Source: a virus (lineage: Duplodnaviria > Heunggongvirae > Uroviricota > Caudoviricetes). From it: a stretch of 64,000 nucleotides of DNA. Position 1 is the stretch's first letter, and each line of letters opens with the position of its first letter. Of this stretch, positions 55,615 to 63,975 are shown piece after piece. The stretch lies in IMG/VR virus record IMGVR_UViG_3300021255_000114, positions 231,942 to 295,941 of that record; one strand, written 5' to 3'. A model generated the notes under the pieces. That model was given only the letters and a program-made list of their open reading frames with translations, was not told where the DNA came from and searched no databases. The translations under genes were made by a program, and so were the position numbers.

Positions 55615-55866
55615 TTAATTTCCTTTATAGAGGAGAGGTTTTCCTTCCCTGTCCACCAAGAGGGTGAATGTACCCACATTGTATGAACCGGAGGCCACCG
55701 CGTACATTACCTTTGTTTCCTTGTGATAAACGACAACCCATGCTCCGGTTTTCTCTATGATGACGAACATGGAGGATTCATCGAGGCGTGGCTGTTTTTC
55801 CACTGTGGAGAGGTTGCATGATGTAAACAACATTGCTGCGAACAGCAGAATAAATAATTTTTTCAT
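55615..55866 (-). CDS. lipoprotein
   Basis: Start placed at MKKLFILLFAAMLFTSCN; the longer listed N-terminus would run through the upstream hairpin. Confidence 0.5.
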   Translation of the reverse strand: MKKLFILLFAAMLFTSCNLSTVEKQPRLDESSMFVIIEKTGAWVVVYHKETKVMYAVASGSYNVGTFTLLVDREGKPLLYKGN

Positions 55867-55902
55867 ATCATTTAATTTAAACTTCAGAATTATGTTTGAT
55901 TC

Positions 55903-55918
55903 AGACACATTCGTGTCT
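55903..55918. promoter_or_regulatory. palindromic element AGACACATTCGTGTCT
   Basis: Third of five GACACnnnnGTGTC sites. Confidence 0.4.
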
Positions 55919-55923
55919 TTCAT

Positions 55924-55948
55924 GGGGAGGGATGGGTTCACCCTCCCC
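55924..55948 (-). terminator. GC-rich hairpin GGGGAGGG-atgggttca-CCCTCCCC downstream of the DUF932-like gene
   Basis: Perfect 8-bp G/C stem. No T-run follows on the minus strand, so it may act as a stabilising or regulatory hairpin rather than a terminator. Confidence 0.4.
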
Positions 55949-55962
55949 ATAGATTTTCAGCT

Positions 55963-57072
55963 TCAGACGGAGAGCAGTGCATACGCCTTCTCCATCCTCT
56001 CATTAGATTTTCCGGCCATAAGTGCATCAAAACGCTTAGTTGCACGAGTGTATTCGCTGTCCTTTGAACTGCCATAGTTCAATGTGTTGGAGAGGAAATT
56101 TGTTGTGCCGTCGAAAAGCCACTTCTTTGTACCTCTGTTGGTGTCCTGTCCAACTCCGCTTTCCAAGGTGTCCTTGAAGGAGTAGATAAGGTTTTTCATA
56201 CGTTGGCTGATGTCATCGGTGTCGATGGTCTCCCATTTGTAGTCGTGCTGCTTCGCCACATTACGCATCTCCTCCTTATCGAGGAAAAGGTTGGCAACAT
56301 ACACGTCGATGTCATGGTCAGTCACTTTGGCAAGTCTAAATAAATTCATACGGTTGATGTATTCATCCTTAAGGATATGAAGTTCACGGACTTTCGCAAT
56401 AACGCTCCGTTGGATTTCAGGATTGCTCAGGTCCATGCGTTCACCAACATTCTTTGTGTGTTTGTAGGTCAGGCCCTGCGAACGCATATTCGCCATAAAG
56501 GTATTCATACAGACAACACGGATTGTGCTGAAGGTAAGTTTCATGGCGCTTCCACCATCATGGGAGTTATGGAAAAAGCAATAGAAATCGGTTTCAGAAT
56601 TATCTCCGTCGAGACGTACACCGTCACCCATTTTGACCTGGACATAGGGTTCGAAGTTATGTACCATACCTGCGGAAACCACACTCATAGGTACGCCGGT
56701 GACACTGCTGTTAGTCACCAAGTCCATAAGTTCAAAACCGGCTGTGTTTTGAATGATGCCGTAATCATTTCCAACAAGGGAGATAGTCTCATCATCCTCC
56801 TCGCGAACGGTGGCACAATGTGTGTTGATGAGGTACTTAAGGTCTATTTTTATATTTTCTCCATTCAAAAAACGATGAAACAAATCTTCTGGAAGACGGA
56901 CGAGATGGTCTTTTCTGACGGTGAAATTGGCACCGATTTCTTGTAGGACATCATTGATTGGGGTATTCCCGTCAAATTGGTGAAAACCGAGCCCCTTGGT
57001 GGGAGCGAACATAGAGTTGTTTGACTTACCCTCGATTGCGTTCATAACGCTCTGCATGAAATTGTCAGCCAT
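55963..57072 (-). CDS. DUF932-like phage/plasmid-associated protein
   Basis: 369 aa; FHNSHDGGSAMKL resembles the NSHDGS core of DUF932. Confidence 0.5.
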   Translation of the reverse strand: MADNFMQSVMNAIEGKSNNSMFAPTKGLGFHQFDGNTPINDVLQEIGANFTVRKDHLVRLPEDLFHRFLNGENIKIDLKYLINTHCATVREEDDETISLVGNDYGIIQNTAGFELMDLVTNSSVTGVPMSVVSAGMVHNFEPYVQVKMGDGVRLDGDNSETDFYCFFHNSHDGGSAMKLTFSTIRVVCMNTFMANMRSQGLTYKHTKNVGERMDLSNPEIQRSVIAKVRELHILKDEYINRMNLFRLAKVTDHDIDVYVANLFLDKEEMRNVAKQHDYKWETIDTDDISQRMKNLIYSFKDTLESGVGQDTNRGTKKWLFDGTTNFLSNTLNYGSSKDSEYTRATKRFDALMAGKSNERMEKAYALLSV

Positions 57073-57083
57073 ATTTAAGAAAT

Positions 57084-57458
57084 TTATTTTTGGTTATTGT
57101 TAAAGTCGAATTCGATTTCATCTACAATATAAGAGTAGAGTTCTGTTGCGGACTTGTCGGTTTCCCATAGCTGGAAGTCTTTGCCTTCGGCGCGAAGTAT
57201 GATAACATTTTTTCCTATCAGTTCGACATCATCAACAAGGTAGTTACAGACTTCTCCGTTTTCATTGGGGACATTGATGGAAAAGTTTTCATCGTCATCC
57301 TCTTTGTCAGAGAAACCGAGTCTGTTGTTCTTGCAGGTTTTGAGAATTTCCACTATACCCTGTAATGCCTTGAGGTCAATAGCGGATTTCTCTATACACA
57401 GTTCCTGCGATAATTCGATGTGTTTCGCGATTTGCTCTTTGGTCAGATTGCTTTCCAT
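57084..57458 (-). CDS. hypothetical protein
   Basis: Start moved to the internal MESNLTKEQ, because the promoter copy (57478-57497) lies downstream of the listed ATG at 57518. Confidence 0.45.
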   Translation of the reverse strand: MESNLTKEQIAKHIELSQELCIEKSAIDLKALQGIVEILKTCKNNRLGFSDKEDDDENFSINVPNENGEVCNYLVDDVELIGKNVIILRAEGKDFQLWETDKSATELYSYIVDEIEFDFNNNQK

Positions 57459-57477
57459 ATTGTGCTGTTTTTTATTG

Positions 57478-57497
57478 TTCAACAGGGTAAAGATACC
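57478..57497 (-). promoter_or_regulatory. conserved phage promoter copy, with an upstream TTAACAAATGTTAAAA element
   Basis: ttcaacagggtaaagatacc. Confidence 0.55.
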
Positions 57498-57535
57498 TAA
57501 AAATTTTATATTAGACAAAATTTTAACATTTGTTA

Positions 57536-57551
57536 AGACACGATTGTGTCC
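57536..57551. promoter_or_regulatory. palindromic element AGACACGATTGTGTCC
   Basis: Fourth GACACnnnnGTGTC site, about 40 nt upstream of the promoter. Confidence 0.4.
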
Positions 57552-57553
57552 TG

Positions 57554-57808
57554 TTACCTCAGTTCATCCTCTATGGACTCACAGAGCCTGTTGAGGCTAT
57601 GGAGCAAGTTATGCCCGGTAATGCAGAATTTTGGCTTGCCATCCACATAGACAATTTCGTTGCCGTATTCTGTCTCCATATTGATATTGCGTTTGGGATA
57701 CCTCTCTTGGAATGCCGCCAATGCGTCGTTGAATATTTTGCGTTCTATTCTGTCCACGTTTTTTCCTCCTCGATTAGTTTGCCGATAATTTCTTCTTTTG
57801 AAAAGCAT
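57554..57808 (-). CDS. hypothetical protein
   Basis: 84-aa ORF; the exact start is ambiguous because an overlapping 52-aa alternative exists. Confidence 0.35.
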   Translation of the reverse strand: MLFKRRNYRQTNRGGKNVDRIERKIFNDALAAFQERYPKRNINMETEYGNEIVYVDGKPKFCITGHNLLHSLNRLCESIEDELR

Positions 57809-57907
57809 TCATACCAAGAGGTGCTTTTCCACGGGTATGCCTCACGAAGCATATCCAAAAGCGTTGTTTTTTTCAGTCTGCGGAGTTGCGTTTTTGTGTG
57901 CATAGTT

Positions 57908-58549
57908 TTAATTGTTTTCTATGGGTTCCATAAAGTTGTAGACACATTCGGAGGCGATTTCCATCATCTGATAGGAATAATGGGGGTAATCGCTATCCTC
58001 TTCGGCAGCTCTCACCACGTCCTTGTCATCGTAGATTTTGGTAAGGAGATAGTAGTCCACCATCACGTCCTGATAATCGTCGGCCTTAAAATAAGCCTCG
58101 ATTTCATTCTCCACAAAACTTATAAATCCACTGCGTGAACTATATTTTTCCTTGAGGTATTTGTTGAAACCGTCATACATTTCCTTGTCGGAACGGATGA
58201 GGTTCTTGAGATAATCAATGTCGATATTGAGGTCGAGAACGATTTTGTCCGTGGTGAAGTTATAGTATGCCGGGCTGTTCACCTCTTTGAATTTTACACT
58301 ATCACAGAGATTTTCATCCTCCATAAGCATAGGGGCTATGAGGTTGTCCGTAATGCGTTCACATACGGCATTCTGGAATGCGGTGAAATCGTTGATGTCG
58401 TGTTCAACAAATTCCTCCCCGTTATCCTTGCAATTTTCTTCAATTTGACGGTTTTCCTCATAAAGCGTATCGGACGAGAATAAGATGCTTTCGTAAAAGC
58501 CGGGCATAATGGCTAAGTTGTCATCGCAATACTCAAAGTGATTTTTCAT
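57908..58549 (-). CDS. hypothetical acidic protein
   Basis: 213-aa ORF with a promoter copy 17 nt upstream. Confidence 0.5.
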   Translation of the reverse strand: MKNHFEYCDDNLAIMPGFYESILFSSDTLYEENRQIEENCKDNGEEFVEHDINDFTAFQNAVCERITDNLIAPMLMEDENLCDSVKFKEVNSPAYYNFTTDKIVLDLNIDIDYLKNLIRSDKEMYDGFNKYLKEKYSSRSGFISFVENEIEAYFKADDYQDVMVDYYLLTKIYDDKDVVRAAEEDSDYPHYSYQMMEIASECVYNFMEPIENN

Positions 58550-58565
58550 ATTGTCTGATTTTTAA

Positions 58566-58585
58566 TTCAACACCATAAAGATACC
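58566..58585 (-). promoter_or_regulatory. conserved phage promoter copy
   Basis: ttcaacaccataaagatacc. Confidence 0.55.
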
Positions 58586-58670
58586 TAAAATAAATGAATT
58601 GGATAATTTTTTAACACTTGTCTTTTGATTACGCTGTTCAAGATATTTGATTTTCGTTTGTAAATTCTGT

Positions 58671-58934
58671 TTATCCAAATATTTCTTCGATGTCGTAATC
58701 GTCAGGATTTCGACTGTTTTCGTTAAGCCAGTTGTCTTCTTCACACCATTCTTTTATCATATCCTCAATTTCCGCATATAAGCAAAGATTAGCCATTCTC
58801 AACGGGCATCTGTCGCGTCCGATGATTGACAGAGCGTGTTGGTAACGAGGCTCGAAGTCATCAACATTGTCGATTACATACTGTACCATCTCTTTCGGTG
58901 CGTTCTCTGTATTAAAATCGTCTGATGTGTACAT
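58671..58934 (-). CDS. hypothetical protein
   Basis: 87-aa ORF with a promoter copy 32 nt upstream. Confidence 0.45.
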   Translation of the reverse strand: MYTSDDFNTENAPKEMVQYVIDNVDDFEPRYQHALSIIGRDRCPLRMANLCLYAEIEDMIKEWCEEDNWLNENSRNPDDYDIEEIFG

Positions 58935-58955
58935 AGTTTAATAATATATTTTAAT

Positions 58956-58975
58956 TCAACAATGCAAAGATATTT
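58956..58975 (-). promoter_or_regulatory. conserved phage promoter copy
   Basis: ttcaacaatgcaaagatatt. Confidence 0.5.
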
Positions 58976-59095
58976 AAATTAATTGATATAAACAATTTTT
59001 TAACATTTGTTAAGGTTTGGCTCGGCAAATGTTAATTTTTTGCGTATACCGGATTTTTTTGTTATCTTACCCTTGTTGAAAGGGGAAAAATATAA

Positions 59096-59119
59096 CCGCC
59101 CGGGATTGTCCCCGGGCGG
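59096..59119. terminator. intrinsic terminator (CCGCCCGGG-attgtc-CCCGGGCGG)
   Basis: Perfect 9-bp GC stem flanked by A/T runs, 26 nt downstream of gene 59145. Confidence 0.55.
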
Positions 59120-59144
59120 CTTTCGTGCATCGCGAAGTTTTCTC

Positions 59145-59654
59145 TTACATTCCGAGGTTGGCGCACTGCTCATTGAAATGGCCGCGCTTTCCGTCCATTT
59201 GCTTTGCGATTGCGAGGCGTGCCTCAAACTCCTTGATGTCGTGGCTGACGGTCTTGTAGAACTTGGTTGCGATGCGGTAGACAACGTCCGATGGTTTGCC
59301 CTTGATGTTCATTGCCTTGTTGTAGGCGTTTGCCATTTGGTAGACTGTTTCGCACTGTTCCGCGTTGAACTCCTTGTAGCCCTTGTGGAACTCGCTGTGC
59401 TTGTAGGCACCTGCGGAGATGCCGCAGGAAAGAACAGCATAAAGGGGCATTTCGGGATGGTTTGCGTGGAAATCCTCAATGGACTTGCACACATTCTGAT
59501 GCTGTATAGCCTTTGCTTTTACGGGCTTGAACTGTGCGAGGTTCAGTTTTCCGCCGAGTTTGACGGATGCGTAGTCGGCAACCATTGCCTTGATGTCGGT
59601 GGTGTTCTTGTCGGTGTTGATGATGTCCATTGGACAGGCTATGTTTTTCTGCAT
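59145..59654 (-). CDS. hypothetical protein
   Basis: 169-aa ORF. Confidence 0.5.
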   Translation of the reverse strand: MQKNIACPMDIINTDKNTTDIKAMVADYASVKLGGKLNLAQFKPVKAKAIQHQNVCKSIEDFHANHPEMPLYAVLSCGISAGAYKHSEFHKGYKEFNAEQCETVYQMANAYNKAMNIKGKPSDVVYRIATKFYKTVSHDIKEFEARLAIAKQMDGKRGHFNEQCANLGM

Positions 59655-59687
59655 AATGTTTTTCCTCCTATTTTTTTATTGATTGAT

Positions 59688-59888
59688 TTATTTTTCTTCG
59701 TATGCGTAATCCGCAGTGGCTTCTCCGAATTGAAAACTTCCGTTTGGGATTTCCACATTGTCGGGAAAAGGCTTTAGTGTTTCCGGATTTAACGCGTTTT
59801 GGGCTTTTTCAACGGCTTCTCTTACGTTTTTTGCCTCAACGGTCATACTTCCGTTGTAAGTTAATACAAGTTCCACTCTATATTGCAT
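59688..59888 (-). CDS. hypothetical small protein
   Basis: 66-aa ORF. Confidence 0.4.
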   Translation of the reverse strand: MQYRVELVLTYNGSMTVEAKNVREAVEKAQNALNPETLKPFPDNVEIPNGSFQFGEATADYAYEEK

Positions 59889-59901
59889 ATCTCGGTTTGT
59901 T

Positions 59902-60093
59902 TTATGACATTAATGTAACGGTTTCACATTCTGTGTACTCTATTGCAGCGGTGTATTTATCACCGCAATGTATTTCGGGTTTTGCGTCCTCATAGGCGAG
60001 GTCGAGCAAGTCACTGCTTTCAAGTTCATTTGCGAGTTGGCGAAGACTTTCGGCACTGAAACCGTCTTCTGTTTCGATTGTTATTCTAATCAT
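59902..60093 (-). CDS. hypothetical small acidic protein
   Basis: 63-aa ORF. Confidence 0.4.
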   Translation of the reverse strand: MIRITIETEDGFSAESLRQLANELESSDLLDLAYEDAKPEIHCGDKYTAAIEYTECETVTLMS

Positions 60094-60107
60094 CTTTTTA
60101 TTTACTT

Positions 60108-60410
60108 TTAGTTAAGGTCTGCAAGTTTGTATTCACCACTCTCGATTTTCTTACGGGTTTCCGCGATTTTCTCACCAAGGAACTGATTGCGGTACTTGCC
60201 CGTGGTGGTGGAGAAATCCCAAAAACGTCTGTCGAGATATACTTGACGGTTTTCGTCAATGACCGCGATAACACGTTTATAAGATTGGAAAATCTCTTTG
60301 TGCCCTTTTTTCGTGCTGACGGTGATGATGAATTGGTTTTTGACAGTGTCGCAGGGGTTTACAAGACTGTCGCAGTTGCGGACTTTAATTTTTTCGATTG
60401 GGTTTTTCAT
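60108..60410 (-). CDS. hypothetical protein
   Basis: 100-aa ORF with a promoter copy 21 nt upstream. Confidence 0.5.
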   Translation of the reverse strand: MKNPIEKIKVRNCDSLVNPCDTVKNQFIITVSTKKGHKEIFQSYKRVIAVIDENRQVYLDRRFWDFSTTTGKYRNQFLGEKIAETRKKIESGEYKLADLN

Positions 60411-60430
60411 AATATTGTCTGTTTTAATTG

Positions 60431-60450
60431 TTCAACGATGCAAAGATACT
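60431..60450 (-). promoter_or_regulatory. conserved phage promoter copy
   Basis: ttcaacgatgcaaagatact. Confidence 0.55.
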
Positions 60451-60518
60451 TAATTGTTTTGGCACCGGCAAATTTTTAACATTTGCTAACAATCATCCTA
60501 ATTCCAAACGTATTCGTT

Positions 60519-60746
60519 TTACTTCCTTTTATTGATGATTTTGTCACCGAATATGACTTGCGAGGCGTCAAGGTCTGCAAATTCAGCCACCTCATCATAG
60601 TCTACATACGGCTCATCTTTAAATTCCTCATAAATTGCCTCGCGCAGTTCGTCACTCAGTTCAATGACTTCTATTTCGTCCTTATAGACGTTTTTTACGA
60701 CGGCATATTGAGGGACATCGTTTTTACTATCGAATTTGTGTTTCAT
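60519..60746 (-). CDS. hypothetical small acidic protein
   Basis: 75-aa ORF with a promoter copy upstream. Confidence 0.45.
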   Translation of the reverse strand: MKHKFDSKNDVPQYAVVKNVYKDEIEVIELSDELREAIYEEFKDEPYVDYDEVAEFADLDASQVIFGDKIINKRK

Positions 60747-60763
60747 ATTATCTGTTTTTTAAT

Positions 60764-60783
60764 TCAACACTGCAAAGATACCT
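60764..60783 (-). promoter_or_regulatory. conserved phage promoter copy
   Basis: ttcaacactgcaaagatacc. Confidence 0.55.
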
Positions 60784-60820
60784 GATTAATTTGATACTGG
60801 CAAATTTTTAACATTTGTTA

Positions 60821-61333
60821 TTAGACCAAACGTTCAAATTTGGCATATTTCCCTCGGTTACGTATTTCTTCGAATTTTTCTTTGGCAATATCAACGCTAT
60901 CAAAGACTTCCGAATTTGGATAGGAATTTAATGTACATTGGTTGTCGTAGCACACCACCTTACCTTTTCCGTTTTCGTCACGTTGTAACTGCATAGAGCC
61001 ATAGCCTTTATAATGGGTATCATCGTCTTCGTGCAGATAGCATTCCAAATAGATAATTGTGGTCCAAGTGTTGCTTTTCTCTATACGGCTGTCGTATTCC
61101 TCTATCCGTACATAAGAATTTGCACCGACTAAATCGTTCAATCTTTTTTCGCCATCCTCAATGGTCATAAACCGTTCAATCAAATAAGGATATTTCAAAC
61201 CGTGGTCGTGAACAGACAGTTTTGCTTTACCGTTTTTTTGGGCGGATAGATGGAATGACTTGTCTGGGATATGTTCATTTTGTTTAACGTCACACAAAGT
61301 GTAACCATTTATTGTTAAAATATTGTTCCACAT
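60821..61333 (-). CDS. hypothetical protein
   Basis: 170-aa ORF. Confidence 0.5.
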   Translation of the reverse strand: MWNNILTINGYTLCDVKQNEHIPDKSFHLSAQKNGKAKLSVHDHGLKYPYLIERFMTIEDGEKRLNDLVGANSYVRIEEYDSRIEKSNTWTTIIYLECYLHEDDDTHYKGYGSMQLQRDENGKGKVVCYDNQCTLNSYPNSEVFDSVDIAKEKFEEIRNRGKYAKFERLV

Positions 61334-61349
61334 AATTAATCTGTTTTAA

Positions 61350-61365
61350 GGACACAATCGTGTCT
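61350..61365. promoter_or_regulatory. palindromic element GGACACAATCGTGTCT
   Basis: Fifth GACACnnnnGTGTC site, lying between the stop at 61365 and the start at 61333. Confidence 0.4.
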
Positions 61366-61979
61366 TATTTGATGCGTCTTTTCCTGTGGTCATCCCACAT
61401 TTTTTCTATGCCGCCGAAATATTCCACCCAGCATTCCGTGCCATCGCGTTTCTCAAAATCGGCTATCATTTGGTTGAGAGTGTAGTAATATTCAATTCGT
61501 TTGTTGCCGTCCACATAGTAGCAGAGACGTATCGGGTACATTCCGAATTGAAATTCCGCTTGAATGTCGATTGCTTGGTCAAATCCGCGCATAAAGAAAT
61601 TCCGAACCATACGTGCAGTTGTGCCCGTGGTCTCTTTCCCTGCAATGGCAATGGCGGTAAGCCAACCGTAATTCTTGTATATGTCTTGGTATGTCCAATA
61701 CGGACCTGAAGGAACGACATCCCATTGACGAGCAGGCTTGTTGAGGTGTTTTCTGACGGCAACATTTATCAGTTCATCGATGCCTTCAATAATTTCCTTT
61801 TTGGACAGGACAAGTTTGTGCCCATACCCAGGAACACGCCAACTTTGCCAATTACGAACGCGACGCTCATACTTGCCAAAGCCCTCATAGAGATTGTTGT
61901 CCCCGACTTCAACCATTGGAATGTATTTGTCCTCACCTACTTTGGCGAACATACTTCTGTAAAGAATTGTATAACTCAT
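61365..61979 (-). CDS. hypothetical protein
   Basis: 204-aa ORF with a promoter copy 17 nt upstream. Confidence 0.5.
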   Translation of the reverse strand: MSYTILYRSMFAKVGEDKYIPMVEVGDNNLYEGFGKYERRVRNWQSWRVPGYGHKLVLSKKEIIEGIDELINVAVRKHLNKPARQWDVVPSGPYWTYQDIYKNYGWLTAIAIAGKETTGTTARMVRNFFMRGFDQAIDIQAEFQFGMYPIRLCYYVDGNKRIEYYYTLNQMIADFEKRDGTECWVEYFGGIEKMWDDHRKRRIK

Positions 61980-61995
61980 ATTGTCTCTTTTTTAA

Positions 61996-62015
61996 TTCAA
62001 CACTGCAAAGATACG
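61996..62015 (-). promoter_or_regulatory. conserved phage promoter copy
   Basis: ttcaacactgcaaagatacg. Confidence 0.55.
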
Positions 62016-62066
62016 TAATATATCTGGCACCGGCAAATTTTTAACGTTTCTTAACAATTATCCCAA

Positions 62067-62318
62067 TCAATCTTCCGGGTCGTTGATATAGTCATAGACT
62101 TCGGCAGGAATATCGCCAATACCGTGTAGCCATTCATTTACGCAGTCGGCAACATCAACCGTTGTTGCAAGTTCGGGGGTTGTGCCGTTATATTGCTGCC
62201 AACTCTCATAGCAAGCACAAATATGCACTTCCGTTCCGTTGTCCAAGGTGACGATAACCTCTCTCTCATCAACATCATCCACATTGATGAAATCAATTGA
62301 AGTAATGTAATATTCCAT
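62067..62318 (-). CDS. hypothetical small acidic protein
   Basis: 83-aa ORF. Confidence 0.45.
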   Translation of the reverse strand: MEYYITSIDFINVDDVDEREVIVTLDNGTEVHICACYESWQQYNGTTPELATTVDVADCVNEWLHGIGDIPAEVYDYINDPED

Positions 62319-62328
62319 ATTGTCTGAT

Positions 62329-62697
62329 TTAGAAAAATGAAACGTAAATGTAGTCGTTGGTTTGGTCTGACGTTTTCAAAAGGAAATTAAAGCAATCAAT
62401 AAGTTCCGGTAACGTTATGTTTGCATTGTCAAGGGCATCGGAAAGATATTCAACGTCCACATCGGTGGGCTCCTCGCCTTTCTCTATTTTACGCAGCTCA
62501 CCAATCGCATCTGTAAGGCTGTCGCGTTTTATTTCAAAATCCCGCTCGTATTCGGGGCAAAAGGTTTCGTTTGTGTATTCAACGTCCAGGGCATTAAGAA
62601 CTTGGTGGAGTTCATTCGTGCCATAACTACCGTGAAAGAAACCGGTGCTTGCGTATTCAATGACACGCTTTTTAAGAACATGCAAAGTGTCTGACAT
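62329..62697 (-). CDS. hypothetical protein
   Basis: 122-aa ORF with a promoter copy 18 nt upstream. Confidence 0.5.
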   Translation of the reverse strand: MSDTLHVLKKRVIEYASTGFFHGSYGTNELHQVLNALDVEYTNETFCPEYERDFEIKRDSLTDAIGELRKIEKGEEPTDVDVEYLSDALDNANITLPELIDCFNFLLKTSDQTNDYIYVSFF

Positions 62698-62714
62698 AAT
62701 TTTGCGTTTTTTAA

Positions 62715-62734
62715 TTCAACAAGGCAAAGATACT
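62715..62734 (-). promoter_or_regulatory. conserved phage promoter copy
   Basis: ttcaacaaggcaaagatact. Confidence 0.55.
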
Positions 62735-62766
62735 TAAAAGTTTTGGGTTACTCAATTTTTTAACAT

Positions 62767-62784
62767 TTCTTAACATATGTTTCA
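62767..62784. promoter_or_regulatory. 18-bp perfect palindrome ATGTTTCACGTGAAACAT (operator-like)
   Basis: Second copy of the CACGTG-core palindrome, upstream of promoter 62715-62734. Confidence 0.4.
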
Positions 62785-62971
62785 CGTGAAACATTCCATC
62801 TATGTTCTCCGTTTTCAACATCGGTAAGATAACTAATTTTTTTGAACCAGTCAAATTTTTAACAAATAAAAAACCGTTACGTTTCGCAACGTAACGGCAA
62901 ACTTCAAAAAATTATTATCCTATGAAAAAACAAATATTTACTAAAAAAGTATGTAATTTTCTTTTTTGGCG

Positions 62972-63328
62972 TTATTTTTCGGTAAAGTGATAGATTGCCT
63001 GCCCATAGAGGTTAAGGATGTGTTGACCGTAAGGCTCATACTGTTCAAGGTCGGTGATGGGGACATTGAAATTCACCCCACACTCAATATCCCGCAGTGC
63101 GCACATTATTCGGTTTGTTTCTGGCGAGCAGTAGCACTTTTCGATTTTGCACTCACTTGGGAACTCGCAGCCCGTATATGTTATTGTATAGTCTGTGGGC
63201 TCGAATTCTCCGTGTTCTTGCAGCAGTTCGGTGAACTTCTTGTTTATTTTTTCGTACTCGGATTTGATGGTCTTTCGTGCATTGGAAAGAATATTCAGCA
63301 ATTCGTTTGCGGTGCTTTTAGTAATCAT
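62972..63328 (-). CDS. hypothetical protein
   Basis: 118-aa ORF with a promoter copy 23 nt upstream. Confidence 0.5.
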   Translation of the reverse strand: MITKSTANELLNILSNARKTIKSEYEKINKKFTELLQEHGEFEPTDYTITYTGCEFPSECKIEKCYCSPETNRIMCALRDIECGVNFNVPITDLEQYEPYGQHILNLYGQAIYHFTEK

Positions 63329-63350
63329 AGTTTGTTCTCCTATTTTTAAT

Positions 63351-63370
63351 TCAACAAGGCAAAGATACCT
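63351..63370 (-). promoter_or_regulatory. conserved phage promoter copy
   Basis: ttcaacaaggcaaagatacc. Confidence 0.55.
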
Positions 63371-63404
63371 AAAAGAATTGGATTGGGCAAAAAATTAACA
63401 TTTG

Positions 63405-63731
63405 CTAACAATTGAAGTGGTCGTGCAGCAGCGCTCGCACTTTTGCTTGCTCGGCAGCGTCAAGGCTCTTATAATCCTCGACAAGTGCATCGATTTTACC
63501 ATAGATACCGTTGATAAGATGGGTGTTCAAGGCTTTTTGGATGGCCTTCTCGTTCTTCTTCACCTCGCGGTTCAGTCCGTCCAAATCCCACCAAGGCACA
63601 TTAAGCGTGAAAGTAGTAACTTTGTCTTCCTTAATCTTGTGGATTTCGGTCGTGCCGTTCTCGCCCTCAACCATAAGCATACGTCCAAGATTGGGGTTCT
63701 CGTTGTAGATAAAACTGTTCTTCTTGTCCAT
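63405..63731 (-). CDS. hypothetical protein
   Basis: 108-aa ORF. Confidence 0.5.
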   Translation of the reverse strand: MDKKNSFIYNENPNLGRMLMVEGENGTTEIHKIKEDKVTTFTLNVPWWDLDGLNREVKKNEKAIQKALNTHLINGIYGKIDALVEDYKSLDAAEQAKVRALLHDHFNC

Positions 63732-63750
63732 TTTATTTTTCTTTTTTTTA

Positions 63751-63975
63751 TTATCTGTTAATTAAGTCAATGTATTTCCCAAGTGGAGTATACTCGTCCA
63801 CATCGTCAACGCACAGTCTTTTCAAACCGCATAGTTCATTCTCCAATTCTTTCATTGCCTCAGCACGGTCAAGCGACACTGGGCCTGAATTTTGCTTGCT
63901 CTCAAAAATTGCATCCTCGAACTGCTTGCGTGTGCAAGGGATTGGCAAACGCACCCCACAGTATTCGGTACGCAT
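63751..63975 (-). CDS. hypothetical small protein
   Basis: 74-aa ORF. Confidence 0.4.
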   Translation of the reverse strand: MRTEYCGVRLPIPCTRKQFEDAIFESKQNSGPVSLDRAEAMKELENELCGLKRLCVDDVDEYTPLGKYIDLINR

